DNA of 61,639 bases, counting the filler. It is 12 parts of 12 records of this genome, joined end to end, with 100 filler letters (N's around TTAATTAATTAA, not from the genome) between each part and the next. Parts side by side here need not be neighbours in the genome. Positions count along the whole stretch, not along the records: positions 29,981 to 38,900 come from SRR7504441_11741; positions 39,001 to 42,579 come from SRR7504441_11747; positions 42,680 to 49,856 come from SRR7504441_11764; 9 more parts are not named here. One strand, written 5' to 3'. Under the pieces are notes generated by a model that did not search any database, was not told where the DNA came from, and saw only the letters and a program-made list of their open reading frames with translations. Shown here piece after piece: positions 34,053-46,659 of the stretch. Each line of letters opens with the position of its first letter. Position 1 is the first letter of the stretch. Position numbers and translations under genes: made by a program.

Positions 34053-34297
34053 AATTGAGCTGGATGAACCTGAATGTCTCAATGTCAGTAGTTGACCAGC
34101 TGTGCATAGATCTAGCATTAATTATAATAATTATTTTGCCTTCCTACGTCTTCATTTCCCTCCCCCCCCTCTTCACCCCCCCGCGTGGAGAGGTCTACAG
34201 GGGGACCGTAGCGTGAGGTGACGGCCTCTTGCGGCTTCTGGAATCTGGATCATCGCTTTTCAGCTTCACGGCTCTTTTCGTATTTCGTATTTTGAAG

Positions 34298-36237
34298 ATG
34301 GCCCAGAGCCTTCAGGTGCGGTTTGCCGCTGGCCCGGTGCTCAGCCCGGGCCCAGGCGCTGCTCTCCGAGTACTCCGAGCTTCAGCGCGGCTCGAGCTCC
34401 GCGGTGCGCCCGGCCCGGTTCGCATCCAGCCGGGGCGGTCCAGCTGGAGCAGCTGAGTAGCGGATCGGACTGCGACGAGCCCCAGCCGCACCACTACGCC
34501 TCACCAGTCAAGCTGCTCAACGCGGCGCTCCCGGCGCTGCAGGCCCGCGAGGTCGCCGGGATGCCCCCCCGCCGGGCGGCCGGCCTGCTGATCCAGAGTT
34601 ACATCCCGGACCGGCTGGTGACCCCACGGCCGAGTCAGCCGACGGGGGGCAGATCGGGCTGCTCGGGGCCCCAGACTGGCCGCAGTACAGCTGCCGGTTC
34701 TCGCCCGACGGACGGAGCTTTCTGGTGGCTGGGCAGGGCGACGGGGTGGCTGTGTTCGACGCGGAGAGCCGGAAGCTGCGCAAGCAGATCCGCCGGGATG
34801 CCGAGGCGGCCGTGGTCGAGCTAGCGGTCTCAGACTGCAGCCAGCATTGCCTGTTCGCGGCCTGGGAGCAGCAGCTCTCGCTGGGCTGGATCAGCGGTGC
34901 CGGGCTGCCGGTGCGAGCCGAGCGCTGGCCAGGCGAGCGGACCGATCCGGCCAAGTTGGTGGTCCAGGCAGAGGACGAGCCCGAGCTGTGCTTCTTCGGG
35001 GCCAAGTTTGTCCCGGGCTCGAGCGGCCATCTGGCGGCCGCCGGGAACGACTCGCGGTGCGCGGCTGGAGGCTGCCGGGCGCGAGGTTGGTACAGGCTTT
35101 ATCTGTATGACGTGCAAGCGGCCCGGTGTACTGGACGGGTGCTGCCTGGCCCCGGCCGGGCGGCCAGACGGGCTCAGGTGGACGCGGCGCACGCGGATGA
35201 GGTGAACGGGCTGGACTTTGCGGACCAGCACACTGTGCTCACGGCAGGGGACGACCGGCGGATCAAGGCACACGCCCAGCCGGCGGCGGGCTGGTGAGCC
35301 GCACGGCAGTTGTGGGACACGCGCTGTCTGAGCAGCGGGGCCTGCCGGGTGTTTGAAGGGCACACAGAGGGGGTCAGCTCGGTCGAGGCCAAGGAGCGGG
35401 GCGGGCACGCGTTCGTGACCAACGGGAAAGACCAGGCGATTCGGATCTGGGACACGCGATCCGGCTCACCGTCCAATCCGGAGCCCCCAGCGACGGCCCC
35501 AGCGACGGCCCCGGCGGCGCCCGATGAGATCGGTTCGGCTGTGGGTGCGCCGGGCTGGCCGGGACTGGGCCCATTTGGCTGGGTCAGGGCTGAGCGGGCC
35601 AAAGCCCGGATGGGACTACAGGACAAACTTCGTATCGAGCCGGCGGGCCAACAAGGCGGGAGAGCGGGACTGCTCAGTGCGAGTGCTCCGAGGCGGCCAC
35701 TCGGTGCTCCAGACCCTGATCCGAGCCCACTGGTCGCCGGCAGAGAGCAGCCAACAGAGGTAACCACCAGCTTGGGTGACAGCGAGCGGGCGCAGGTTCA
35801 TTTACACTGGGTGTGCTGACGGATATGTTTACATCTACGACGCGGCCACTGGCACAGTGGTCGAGACACTGCAGGGGCACTTTGGGGTGCAGCCTGGCTG
35901 AGGAGCCACTGAGCGGCCGGCAGGCGGTGAGAGACGCTGCATGGCACCCGCACTGGCCGCAGCTGTGGAGCTGCTCGCTGGACACCACAGTGGCCATCTG
36001 GCAGCACCAGCACACTGCAGTCGACCGGACCGCCCCACTCGATGTATCTGGCCCGTCCGGCTGCCGGCTGAGGGGTTTGGGCAGGTGCAGGACTGGCAGC
36101 ACGTGCTTGACTGGCACCATGCCGCCGCCGACCCGTGCGATGATAACATGGGGTTCGTACCCGACTCGCAGCTCGAGACCCCGCCCACCACCCCCTCAGC
36201 AGAACTAGACGTTCAACACGATTATAATGTCGAATAA
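34298..36237 (+). CDS. WD40 protein, DCAF11/WDR23 (LEC14B)-like; many introns
   Basis: YSCRFSPDG, AHADEVN, TAGDDRRIK|LWDTR, FEGHTEGV, TNGKDQAIRIWDTR, RGGHSVLQTLIRAHWSP, VRDAAWHP. Confidence 0.85.
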
Positions 36238-36410
36238 CTGCCTTAAAGACCCATTCAACCTTGTTATACAGAATATCAATTGTCTAGTCGGGTTTATTCG
36301 TTAACCCTTCCTAAAGCTCTTCGATTAGCCAGCTGATTCTCAAAAGAGGCCGAGTATGGCTCAACTAGATCTAACTAGATCATAGCATAATCATAGCACG
36401 CGTTCGTATT

Positions 36411-37193
36411 TCATAGTGGTAACAGCCAGCCGGTGTCACACAAGGCGTCCGGGCAGCTGTCTAACCAGGTTCGTTCAGCCACCTCGTCTTTGATCATGTG
36501 CATGTCTACCGGAGTTATCGACAGGCCATCGAGTGTGGCATAGACCGTACCGGCCTGATCAGTCAGCGTGGCTGAAATTGACACCTTCTTGCGCTCGGTC
36601 TTCTCTATCTTGCCCACCAGCTTGAGCACGTGCCCAACTTTGACCGGCTTGCTCAGCTTGCAGTTCACCTGCACAGTAGCCCCACACCACGGCGCACTCC
36701 CGTCCACGAAACAAATATGCCCGCACAGGTCATCCATCAGCGAGGTCATCGCCCCCCCGTGACACAGCCCCCTGTGGCTCTCAGCGGCCGGCCCGAATTC
36801 GACAATCCCGGTGAGCTCCTTCCGGCCCGGGTGCCAGAAGTAGCAGTGCACCCGCACCCCCGCCGAGCCCGGGGCGTGGATCAAGTCAACACCGTGCCAG
36901 CCGGCACTCCGGCGCCAGGCCAGGTCCTCCCACTCCCTGAGCAGCACTCGGCGCAGCGACCTGTCCGAGAACAGCCCCCGCAGCCACTCGGGCGCGTCGG
37001 GCTGATTGAAGTACACCCCGCTGTTGCTCCCGGAATCCGCAGGCTGGCGCCGCAAGCGAGCCAAACGAGCCTCGTGCTTGCTGCTGCGGCGGCGGCGGTG
37101 ATAGAACAGCAGCGCTGCAGCAGCGGCGGCTGCAGCCATACAGCTCGCGCAGCGGGAGCTCCAGGAGCTGTGGGTCTGGGCGATACCAGACAT
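36411..37193 (-). CDS. Hotdog-fold acyl-CoA thioesterase (THEM4/PaaI-like) with N-terminal membrane anchor
   Basis: FGPAAESHRGLCHGGAMTSLMDDLCG, ATVQVNCKLSKPV; hydrophobic segment followed by RRRR near the N-terminus. Confidence 0.85.
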   Translation of the reverse strand: MSGIAQTHSSWSSRCASCMAAAAAAAALLFYHRRRRSSKHEARLARLRRQPADSGSNSGVYFNQPDAPEWLRGLFSDRSLRRVLLREWEDLAWRRSAGWHGVDLIHAPGSAGVRVHCYFWHPGRKELTGIVEFGPAAESHRGLCHGGAMTSLMDDLCGHICFVDGSAPWCGATVQVNCKLSKPVKVGHVLKLVGKIEKTERKKVSISATLTDQAGTVYATLDGLSITPVDMHMIKDEVAERTWLDSCPDALCDTGWLLPL

Positions 37194-37294
37194 GCCGGCC
37201 CGGGCGAGTGAAGTCCGTTGGATCCGGCGCGCCGCTCGACGAGGAAGCAGGTCGTCGCGGGCCACAAGTGCTTCTCTGACGGGGGCTGCGCAGC

Positions 37295-38900
37295 ATGAAG
37301 AAGCCCAAGCCGGCTGGGGGCAAAGCGCGGCTGGGCGGCCAGAAGAAGGATGCTTCGTTCGATGCCCGCCGTCAGGTGCGTGCGCCCTGGCGCCGGGTGT
37401 GAGGCTGGCCGGCAGCGCTCAAAGTTCGCAGTGCTCGGTCGGAAACAGTCGCGCTCGGCCACAGTCAACCGGCCGGCCGCGCTGGAGAAGGCGCCCGCCG
37501 GATGGGTCGGCGTGAGCTGGTGGGCAGCGGCGGGCGGCGGTGGCGATGGCCGAGCATCAGAAGGAGGTGCACAACCTGTTCGTGGACCAGCGGTTCGGCG
37601 AGGAGGACGAGAACATGCCGCTCGAAGACAAGATGCTCCGCCGGTTCCAGAAGGAGCGGGCGGTGACCGGGCGCCGGGTCGGCGCTGAGCTTGAGCGCAG
37701 GCTCGGGCGAATCGTTTCGAGCTGGCGGACGACGATGAAGACGAGATGGGGCTCACCCACCTGGGCCAGGCGCGCAGAGCGGCGGGGCTGCCAGCCGACG
37801 CGGGGGCAGTCGCTGGGGGAAATGACAGAGTTTGGCGGAGGGTTCGGCGACGACGATGACGATGACGACGAGTTCTTTTCAGACAAGGTATCAGATTCGG
37901 GGGGGGGCAGCCAGCTCTGCCAGGTGGTGGATGAAGCGCATTTCGGCGGCGGTCCCGCGGACGGGCAGGAGGTGCGGGGGTGGGTGGGCCAGCATGCCAG
38001 CGCCGGGTGCAGGGCAAGCAGGAGAGGTCGCGGAAAGAGATCATGGAGGAGGTCGGGCTGCCGGGTGTGCGGATGCAAGCTGTTGGCAGGTGATAGCAAA
38101 GAGCAAGCACTTCAAGGCGGAGCGGCAGCGCGACAAGGACGAGGACACCAGGTGGCTGTCAGGCCTGGGCGGCTCGAGCTAGCGGCAGGCTGGTGGACGA
38201 GCTCGACAAGGGCTGGAAGGATCTTTCGAGCATGCTCTTCCGACGGTAGTGCGGCCGCACTCACTGTGCCAGCCTGGGCAGGTCGGATGCAGTGCAGAAG
38301 GCCGACGACGAGCGCGAGTGGCAGCAGTGGGAGGAGAGCCAGCAGTTCGGAGGTGCTGCGGGCCTCAGGAGAGCGCGAGCTTGCACAGGTGAGCAGCAAG
38401 CTGGAGTTGAAGTGGCACAGAACCGGATCCAGCAAGACTTCGATGCGCGGGTCAAACAGCTCGAGAGCGAGAGCCAGAAAGCAAAACCTACTGAGCGGCT
38501 CAAGACTGCGGAGGAGATTGCTCTGGCTGAGAAAGTGAGGCTCAAGCGGCTGGAAGCGGAGCGGTTGCGCCGGATGCGCGGTGAGCGGATGGCGGGCCTG
38601 AGAAAGAGATGGCGGACAGGGGAACCCGAGGGAGATGATGACCAGGCCGGGGTGGAGGACGGTCGCAGGAGGACGGATGACGACCTTGAGGGCAACTTTG
38701 AGCTCGAGCCAGGTGCCAGGTGCAGGAGCTGGCTGATGCTGTGGGCAGAGTACGGAAACCGCAATAGTAGGCTTCAGCAGATGACGCTGGACGACGAAGA
38801 CTTGTCAGACGAGGAGGCTGAGGAGGACGACGAGGACGAAGGAACAATGGATGAGGAAGATGAAGAGGGTGAGGAGGAAGACGAAGAGGGCGAGGAGGAA
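37295..38900 (+). CDS. NOP14: Nucleolar protein Nop14 (SSU processome), 3' partial; many introns
   Basis: KFAVLGRK, FVDQRFGEEDENMPLEDKMLRRFQKER, LTHLGQ|SLGE, KEIMEE|VIAKSK, KPTERLKTAEEIA…LKRLEAERLRRMRGE. Confidence 0.92.
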
Positions 38901-39000
38901 NNNNNNNNNNNNNNNNNNNNNNNNNNNNNNNNNNNNNNNNNNNNTTAATTAATTAANNNNNNNNNNNNNNNNNNNNNNNNNNNNNNNNNNNNNNNNNNNN

Positions 39001-42000
39001 CCAGGCCGCTGGGGCGGAGGGAACCAACGAACTGGAGCAGGCAAAACAGGAGCAGAACATCACTGCTGCGGCGCTCAAATCAATCGTGACCAAGAAGGAT
39101 GAAGCAATAGCAACTGCGACACAGCGGGCTACAGATCTGGAGGCGGCTCTGGAGGCAGCAAAGGCTGATGATGAAGATAAGGAGGCGGCGCTGCAGCGAG
39201 CTCAGGCCGAGCTTGAGTCGCTCAAGGCATTAGCATCGGGAGATGCAGCCACAGCGTCGGAGATGCAGACAAGGCTTGCTGACCTGGAGAGCATGCTGGC
39301 AGCTAAGGCAGCGGAGATGCAGACGAAGCTGGGTGACTTGGAGAGAAGGCTGGCTGAGAGCGCGAAGGAGCTGGAAGGTAATAAGGCAGCAGCACGGGCA
39401 GCCAGCGGCGAGCGGATGCGGCTGCATGCTGCGCTAGAACAGAGCCAGGCGGCTGAGCTGGCAGCAAACGGCGAGCTGGCGAAGCTGCACGCTGAGCTGG
39501 AGGCAAGCCAGGCAGCAGAGGTAGAAGGCAGCGCTGATTTAGCAAGGCAGCGTGCAGAACTTGCCAGGCTGCGTGCTGAGCTGGCTGCAAGCCAGGCTGC
39601 AGAAACTGCAGGCAGTGGCGAGTTGGGCAAGCTTCGTGCTGAGCTGGATGCAAGCCAGGCTGCTGAGACCGAAGGACGCAACGCGCTAGAGCGATTGCAT
39701 GCCAAGCTGAAGCAGAGCCAGGCTGCTGAAGCGGCGGCCAACAGCGGACTGGCCAGGGTAAGTGCAGACTTCGAGCAGAGCCAGGCTGCTGAGGCAATGT
39801 TGAGTGGCGAGCTGGCGACGCTGGGCGATGAAGTGGAGCGTTTGCGCGCCGAGCTGAACCAAAAGGAGGTCGGGCTGAGCGAGGCGGCAGAGCAGTGGCG
39901 GGTGGGCGAGCACGCGAAGGCCGATGAGATACAGGCGCTGCAGGCTGAGTCGGCACGTCGACAGGCCGAGGCCGAGGCGTGCGGGGCGGAAATCCGGGCC
40001 CTGCGCGCCGAATCGGAGCAGCGGCAGGCGGCAGAGTCGGCCAGGGAAGCGGAGATGCAGCTCATGCGCTCGCAGCTGCAGGAACGGAGCATTGAGCTCG
40101 AGACTTCGTGCGGAGAGCTGGAGCTAGCTAGGGCAGCTGAGCAGGCCAGTGAGGCTGAGCTCAGTGGCTTGCAGACACAACTCGAGCGAAGCCAGGGCGC
40201 CTTAGTCAACCAATCACACCAGCTGCGAGCGCTCCGGTCCGAGCTCGCAGAAAGTCAGGCGTCCGCAGAGACTGATGCGGTGCCACCTGTGGATGATGCT
40301 GAGCGAGAGCTGCGCGAGAGAGCGATGCAGGTGTTTGCGGCTGCGGACAAGAACCGCGACGGTGTGCTCACGATGCGCGAACTTGCTGACTTTGTGGCCA
40401 TTCACCAAGCCAAGCTTGAGGAGATATCTGAGCCGGACGCGCCTGGCTGGGGGGACCTTAGTCAGCTGATCGAGCATGATGCCAACGCGGACGGCCAGAT
40501 CCAATCCGAGGAGTGGGTGAGCTACTACTGCGCTCGGGTCAACCAGCTGCGGCACCGAGCCCGCGCGCAGGCCATTGTCAACGTGGAGTCGTCGGATGAC
40601 AACGATGAGGCGGCATGGGAGGCGCTGCAGACTGAGTTGGAGCGGAGCCAGGCGACAGAGCAGGCGTGCTTCGACGAGATCGAGGACATGCAAGCTGAGT
40701 TGGCGCAAAGCAAAGCCTCCGAGCTGGCTGGGCGCGCCGAGCTCGAGGCGCTACGGTCAGAGCTCAACCAGCGCGAAGCGGCCTGGAACACGGAGCTGGA
40801 GCGAGTGCGGGAGGCTGACGCTGCGATCGGCACTGAAATAGAGGCCTGGGAGGCCGAGGTGGTGGCCAAGCAGGCAGCGGCGGAGGAAAGCCAGGCCGAG
40901 CTTGAGACTGCTCGGCGCGAGTTGGGGCAAGCCAGGGCGGCCCAGCAGGCCGCTGTCTCCGAGCTGGAAGCGGTGCGATCCGAGCTGGAAGAGGCGCGGG
41001 CGGCCGAGCAGGCAAGTGAGGCGGAGGCGGAGAGGCTTCGGGTGCAGCTGCAGCAGCACCAAGAGACGATGGCGCTGCTAGAGAAACAGTGCGAAGCTGC
41101 AGAGCAGAGCAGGGCCCGAGCCACCAGCTCGGCGCGCTCCAGCTCACCTGCGCCACGAAGCCGCTCAGGAAGTCTGCCACCAGTGGAACTTGAGGACCGG
41201 CCACCCAGGCTGCCACTCGGATTCAAACCAGGAGAGCGGGCGAGTCTGTCGGTCGCCAGTGGGCGTAGCCAGGACCGGCTGGCTGCCAGGCTGCCCGCAG
41301 TGAGCGAAGCGCTGCTGGCGGACTCTGGATCTGAGCTCACAGAGGTGCGAAGCGAGTTGGCCGGAGCTGAGGTTGAGCTCAAGGCGCTCGAAGATAAGCT
41401 AGACGCGGCGAGCGGGAGAGAGAATGAGCTGCAGGAGGAGTTGCAGACTGCGCATGCACTCGTGGACCACTTGACTTATCAGCTCGAGAGTGCGGAGAGA
41501 GAGGCGCACTGGGCCAGGCAGCAGGCTGAGCAGGCCCAGGCTCGAGTGGCCAGGAGTCAGTGGATGAACATGGAGCAGCAGAGCGACCGGTCCAGTGCAT
41601 GGATGCGTGTCAACCGGACTGCAGCTGATCAGGCTGGCAGCCGGTCGATCAAGCAGTGGACGCCGTTGCCGCCACGCTGGCTGCTCAGGATGTGGTCCCG
41701 GATCGCTTTACACGAGTCGGTAGCCAAGGAATTCAAGGGCGATATGATCGCTGCGCTGACGTTCGTCAGCCGGTTGGCACCGGCTTGGATGCCCAGGGAG
41801 CGACTGAATGGTACTCCTTTGGGTGGAAGTTGGCTTGACCAATCGGTGCAGGGGAGCGGGGAGCGCTGAGAGGGCTGGCCACGCTGCGGCAGGGCCTGTC
41901 GCGTAACTTGATGCTTTGCCTATGGCGGCACTGGCATGATCTTGTCATGGACTCGAGGTGGTGGCTAGGTGGGATAGGCTGCTCACATCGGTGCAGTGTG

Positions 42001-42462
42001 TCACGCATGATCCTGAGTGAACACCGCGAGGCTATGGCCAGCCAGGCTCGGATGGCCCAAGCATTTGTGGCCTGGTGCTCTTTCACTCCTGGTAAACCAA
42101 ACGCGGTCCAGGCCGTTGATTTGATCCTTGCAGGTCTTGGACCATGGAACCAGCAAGCAGTGGCACGGAGATGGCATCTTCGCTCCGGTCGGATGGCCTG
42201 GAACTGGTCGCGTGCCGCGCTTGTCTTCTTCAAGCTCGGCAAAGCAAACCCAGCGTGCGCATCGCGTCGGCTGAGTGTGGCTGAGAAGTGGTGCGTGCGC
42301 GAATTGAAAGTGAGCTTGAGCGCGTGCAGGCTGGAAATCCAAGAGATGGATCTTTTCCGTCAATCGCGAGCGCACATAGGCGAGTTAAAACCGTTCTGGA
42401 GTAGTTCCCGAGGCAGTATCCGACAAACGCTTGGCTATTGGGATCTTGCTGATCATGAATAG
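39001..42462 (+). CDS. Long coiled-coil protein with an EF-hand pair and Trp-periodic (Sfi1-like) tail, 5' partial
   Basis: Heptad-rich ORF with EF loops DKNRDGVLTMRE and DANADGQIQSEE. A ~41-nt GT-AG intron ending at 41851 joins it to ORF 41908..42462. Confidence 0.7.
39410..39830 (+). repeat. 63-bp (21-aa) coding repeat, ~6 degenerate copies
   Basis: Unit ~ELAKLHAELEASQAAE(xxxxx); AGCCAGGC(T/G/A)GC recurs at ~63-nt spacing. Confidence 0.75.
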
Positions 42463-42968
42463 CAACAGTTCACTCACGGTATTTAAAAACTGTCGGCCCA
42501 TGGATTCATAATCCAAGAGTCATCCAACGCACATCGTGAGTCATCGTCGTACAGTATTGTAGTCGCGCATTGATTTCACNNNNNNNNNNNNNNNNNNNNN
42601 NNNNNNNNNNNNNNNNNNNNNNNTTAATTAATTAANNNNNNNNNNNNNNNNNNNNNNNNNNNNNNNNNNNNNNNNNNNNATACCTCCGTGAGGGCGCACT
42701 ACTCCGGTTACATTCTGAACTGACAGGCTGGCACCAGCACGCGGGTAGGCGGTGCTGCCAGTTCAGCGGATCTCAGCGAGCCGGCGGAGCGGCGGTTATG
42801 GTGGTTCATAATAACATGAACAAGTATGAACAAGTCGGACTCGAAACATATGCTTACACTGGATATAATTATTATGCATGAGATCTTTCATGATAAAAAT
42901 AATCTAGTAGCTATTGGTGCAATTGGTATAGCGTGTTTCCTAGCTATAGCACTCGAGCCGCGGGCGAG

Positions 42969-45138
42969 TCACTGGAAGTGCTTGGCTACGGCCGCCACCA
43001 CCTGCGTAACTACCACGGTACAATTTTGTCTAAAGTGCGGCATCACCGGCAAAGCCTCGTACTGCAGCTTTAGCGCAACTGCCAAGTGCGCAAAGTAACG
43101 CATCTGCGCCGATTCGAGAGCTAGCTCCACCACAGCGCAGCGGTCGCAGAAAATCACATTCGACAGACCCGCACCGTGCGGCCCAACCACAACCGCGGCC
43201 CGACCAAAGAGCTCGGCGGCGCGCGCCATCCCTTCACTACCGTGCCACCACACCACCTCGGCCGCTGGCAGTGCACTGCGGAGTCCTTCAAGTACAGCCT
43301 GCTCATTCTTCACCAGGCGAGCCGATGTGCCCTCACGCGTCACCCACACCACCAAAGGAGTTCTTGGGTCCAGTGCAGGCGCGCCGAAAGCTTTACGAAG
43401 TACCTGTCTTGCTTCTCTGAGCGCCGATGCGGGAGCATTGAACGACGTGTCTGGCCGGGTGTCGGTCGGCTGCCACTCAACATAGTACAAAGTGTCAAAG
43501 TGGTATCTCGTCTTGGAATCGAAAGCAACATAGTTGCTCACCGACAGCGCATCTAGTGTCTGTGTAATGAATTCACTCGGACCGGGCTGTTGAACGTTCT
43601 GAGACAGCCCGGTGAGCTCAATGCTGCCGTGAATCCAGGCACCTCGCGGTCGCGCAGGATGATTGGAAGTTCGGACCAAGCAGGCCAAATCTTTTGAGTC
43701 ATCACCAATCGAGGCACCACCTGCAAGCACCGACTTCAGCCCGCCGTTCTTAGCTGATCAGACCTCGCAGAAGAAATGAAAGTAGTTGGCACTCGACAAA
43801 CTCACCTGAAAAGACTCAAAGCCACAACCAAACCGGCACGCAGAGGCGCACCAGCGAGATTGCCTGAGCAAAGTGGCGCGGGGGCGCTCGGGTTGGCCTT
43901 TGCTCGTGCAATGGCGTATAAAGCCCTTGGCTTCCAAGAAGCATGGTACACCCTCGCCTTAAGAGTGCAGCGTGTCCTTCTATCTCAACGTCGGAGAGTT
44001 CAAGCCCAACTATCCGCTTTTCGCTGTACCTCCAGTCGTCAAATGGGCCAGCGTCCGGCCCTAGGTGGCCTTTACTGAGCCCTCCGGTTGCTGCTACCGC
44101 ACCCGCAACACCATACACAGCTCCTGGAGCCATCTGCTGTGCTACATGCCTAATCGTTGTCCCTCGAGCTCCGGCCCAGACGCGACGTACCCTGGCCCCA
44201 GGGCAGTCTTGCGCAAACTCACCGAACCAGATGCGCATCGCCGATCCGAACAGTGACAGTTGGTCACGGAACCGCCCAGCTTCACCAAGCACAGTTGCTG
44301 CATTGTACAGCACTCGCGGGCTCTGCGGATCCAACTCGAGAGAAATCCTGTTCAGCTCCATCGCACGGTCGGGCAGATGCCGCAGCTTATTTGCCAGGTT
44401 GCTATAGGCGCATGCGTGGCTCGGCTCTAATTTAATCGCCGTCTCGAGTGCATTGACTGCGTCGGCCTGACTTTCCATAACTTCGGCCATATTCGCATAC
44501 GTGTCGGCCTTAGAAGGACTTAGCCGCACCTGTCCTGGGTGAGCCCCCTGCCCAGGCTAGCAGCGCACTGCAGACTTGTAATACTCCCTGGCAGTGGCTG
44601 AGTCGCCCAAAGCTTCGGCGACCAGCCCAAGATTGTTGTATGCAGAGTCAGAGTGCTCGTCCCCATCCATCGCCACAGCCCTCTCAAACGCCGCCGCGGC
44701 CTTCTCCAGCTGCCTGGCCTCGTACCACGCCGAGCCCAGATTCAACTGTGTCTGTGCTGACGGCCTGACCGCCTCGCCTCTGGTGTACGCCTCGGCAGCC
44801 TCCAACGGCTTTCTCACCTCCCGGAGCGCATCCCCTAAGTAGAGCCAGGCGGTCGGGTGGCCGGGCTCCAGCCGAGTGACGGTAGAGTACTCGGCAATCG
44901 CCACCGCTCGCTGGCCGGTCAAGTGCATACAGACCGCCAAGTTCAGGTGGGCGGACGCCCGGGTAGGCTGGAGCCGGATCGCCGCCTGGAACTGCCCCGC
45001 GGCGGCCTGGGCATCCCCGCTGGTGAACAGCGCGGTCCCCTGCCGCATGTGCCCGGCCAGCGCTGCCAGCTCGCCCGGTCCCGGCGCCTGGCCCACCGCG
45101 GCACCGGCGAACAGCAGCCAGCACCAGAGCAGCTGCAT
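42969..45138 (-). CDS. Secreted/lumenal TPR protein with glycosyltransferase family 61 (DUF563) domain (5 exons)
   Basis: Signal peptide MQLLWCWLLFAGAAVG, multiple TPRs (AHLNLA, AWLYLG, QLNLG, AYNNLG, YANMA, YSNLA), spliced NYFHFFCE|VVPRL, RLVKNE and VVGPHGAGLSNVIF. Confidence 0.85.
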
Positions 45139-45349
45139 CGGGGCTGCGAGAGCAACTTGTGCTAACAGCAGCGCGGCAGTGGGTCCCCGCGCCGGACGAC
45201 GGCGCCAATGGACCGCGCGCTCAAATGGGATCCGAGGATCAGCCCCGCTGGACGTGCCAACCAACCTCACTCCCGACAGGGTGCCAAGGGCAGCTGGCTG
45301 ACGGCAAGTCGATCGCGCACGGCTTCCAATTTTTGGTTGTGAGGTCCAC

Positions 45350-46609
45350 ATGGCGGCCTCGATGCCTGTGGAGCGCTTCGCGCTGATGACGCCGTCGCCG
45401 GACTGCCAGCTGACACGCACCATCAAATCGCTCTCTGACTACAGCGCCAAGCCGACGGTGGTCCACTTGTACACCGGATGAGGCGGTGCCCCACCCCCCC
45501 CTGACTACGGGCCCGCCTGAGGCAGAGCGCAGGGTGCTGGCCCTGCGCTGGCCAGATGGATGCCTGGGCCCTCGAATACAAGGTACCCCCCTCTCCCCCA
45601 GGCCTGATCCCAGCGGCAGGGCCGGGCCAATTTCATCTGCATCGGGTGCGCGGGGCCGGAGCTGGCCCAGTCGATGGGTCAGCGCATGCGGCTTGCGAAC
45701 TGTGTGAACGCGGTGGCCGTCGACAATCCAAAGTGGGGCCAGCTCGGGTGCAGCGGGTTCATCGTGCTCGCCCCTGAGCTCCGAGTGATCGCCAAGAAGA
45801 CCTCTGCCTTCATGGAGGTCCGGGATTTGGCGTTCCGGCACGTGGAAGCCTTGTTAGACGCCGCGCTAGCTGACCGCAGCCTGGCCGTGTGCCCCGGCGA
45901 GTTCGTCAGGATCAACGGACTCCAGAAGAGCCCAGAGCTCAACGGAAAGATCGGAGTTTGCCTGGAGGCGGCGCCTGAAGGGCCGGATGGCCGGTGCGTG
46001 GTTCAGCTCCAGTCGAGCCGTCGAAAGCTTCGGCTCAAGCCGGCCAATCTGAGTGTGCTGCGTGAGGGTGACATGCCAGAAGAGGAGGAGGAGGAGGAGG
46101 AGGCCTACGACAATGGGAGCTGACACACAGGAAGCTGCGAGCCTAGGAAGAGAGAGAGGGCTTGCAGCGATGGCGAGGACGAGCCGGTTGTCCCGTTATC
46201 TTCAATCGGCTCAGTCGGGGTGGCCGCTCTGGACGAAGAGCACGACGAGTGCTCGGCTGCACTGGGCGTGCTGGGGGAGGAGCGCAGTGTCCCGGCGCTG
46301 CGGCGGTTTCTCGATCTGTTCGACAGACATTGCGCACACGAGGAGGAAATGCTAAACGAGCACCTGTATGCCCGGGAGGAGCAGAGGGTCAAGCAGGAGG
46401 GTGGCGCCAGCCTGCTGCTCGATTCGCGGAACAGCCACTACAGGGACCACGCGAGGCTGATCAAAGGTATCAAAGCGGAGCTGGCCAGGCGTGAAGGCTC
46501 AGGCACTGTGTCGGCCGGGTTCGTTAATGGTCTGCTGCGGGACTTTGAAGGGCACGCTAATGTATATGATGCAAATTATGCAGATGGGCTGGCCGCAGCG
46601 ATGGCTTAA
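45350..46609 (+). CDS. Selenoprotein: thioredoxin-like (UxxC) + SH3/KOW-like + hemerythrin domains, ~391 aa, Sec at codon 44 and probably 230
   Basis: Exons 45350-45485, 45533-45582 and 45620-46609 (GT-AG introns of 47 and 37 nt) give PTVVHLYTG-U-GGCWPCAGQMDAWA. In-frame TGA at 45479 and 46121. Hemerythrin ligands DEEH, HCAHEE, HYRDH, HANVYD. SECIS downstream. Confidence 0.9.
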
Positions 46610-46659
46610 GGAGTTCGGTGGGTTGTACGCACTGGTTGAAGCTGTGCGGCTGCTGTGAT

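Noticed and set aside
26679-38900. Frame breaks in PP2C, DCAF11, NOP14 and similar genes as pseudogenes or programmed frameshifts
   Set aside because: The breaks examined are each resolved by a short GT-AG or GC-AG intron that restores conserved motifs.
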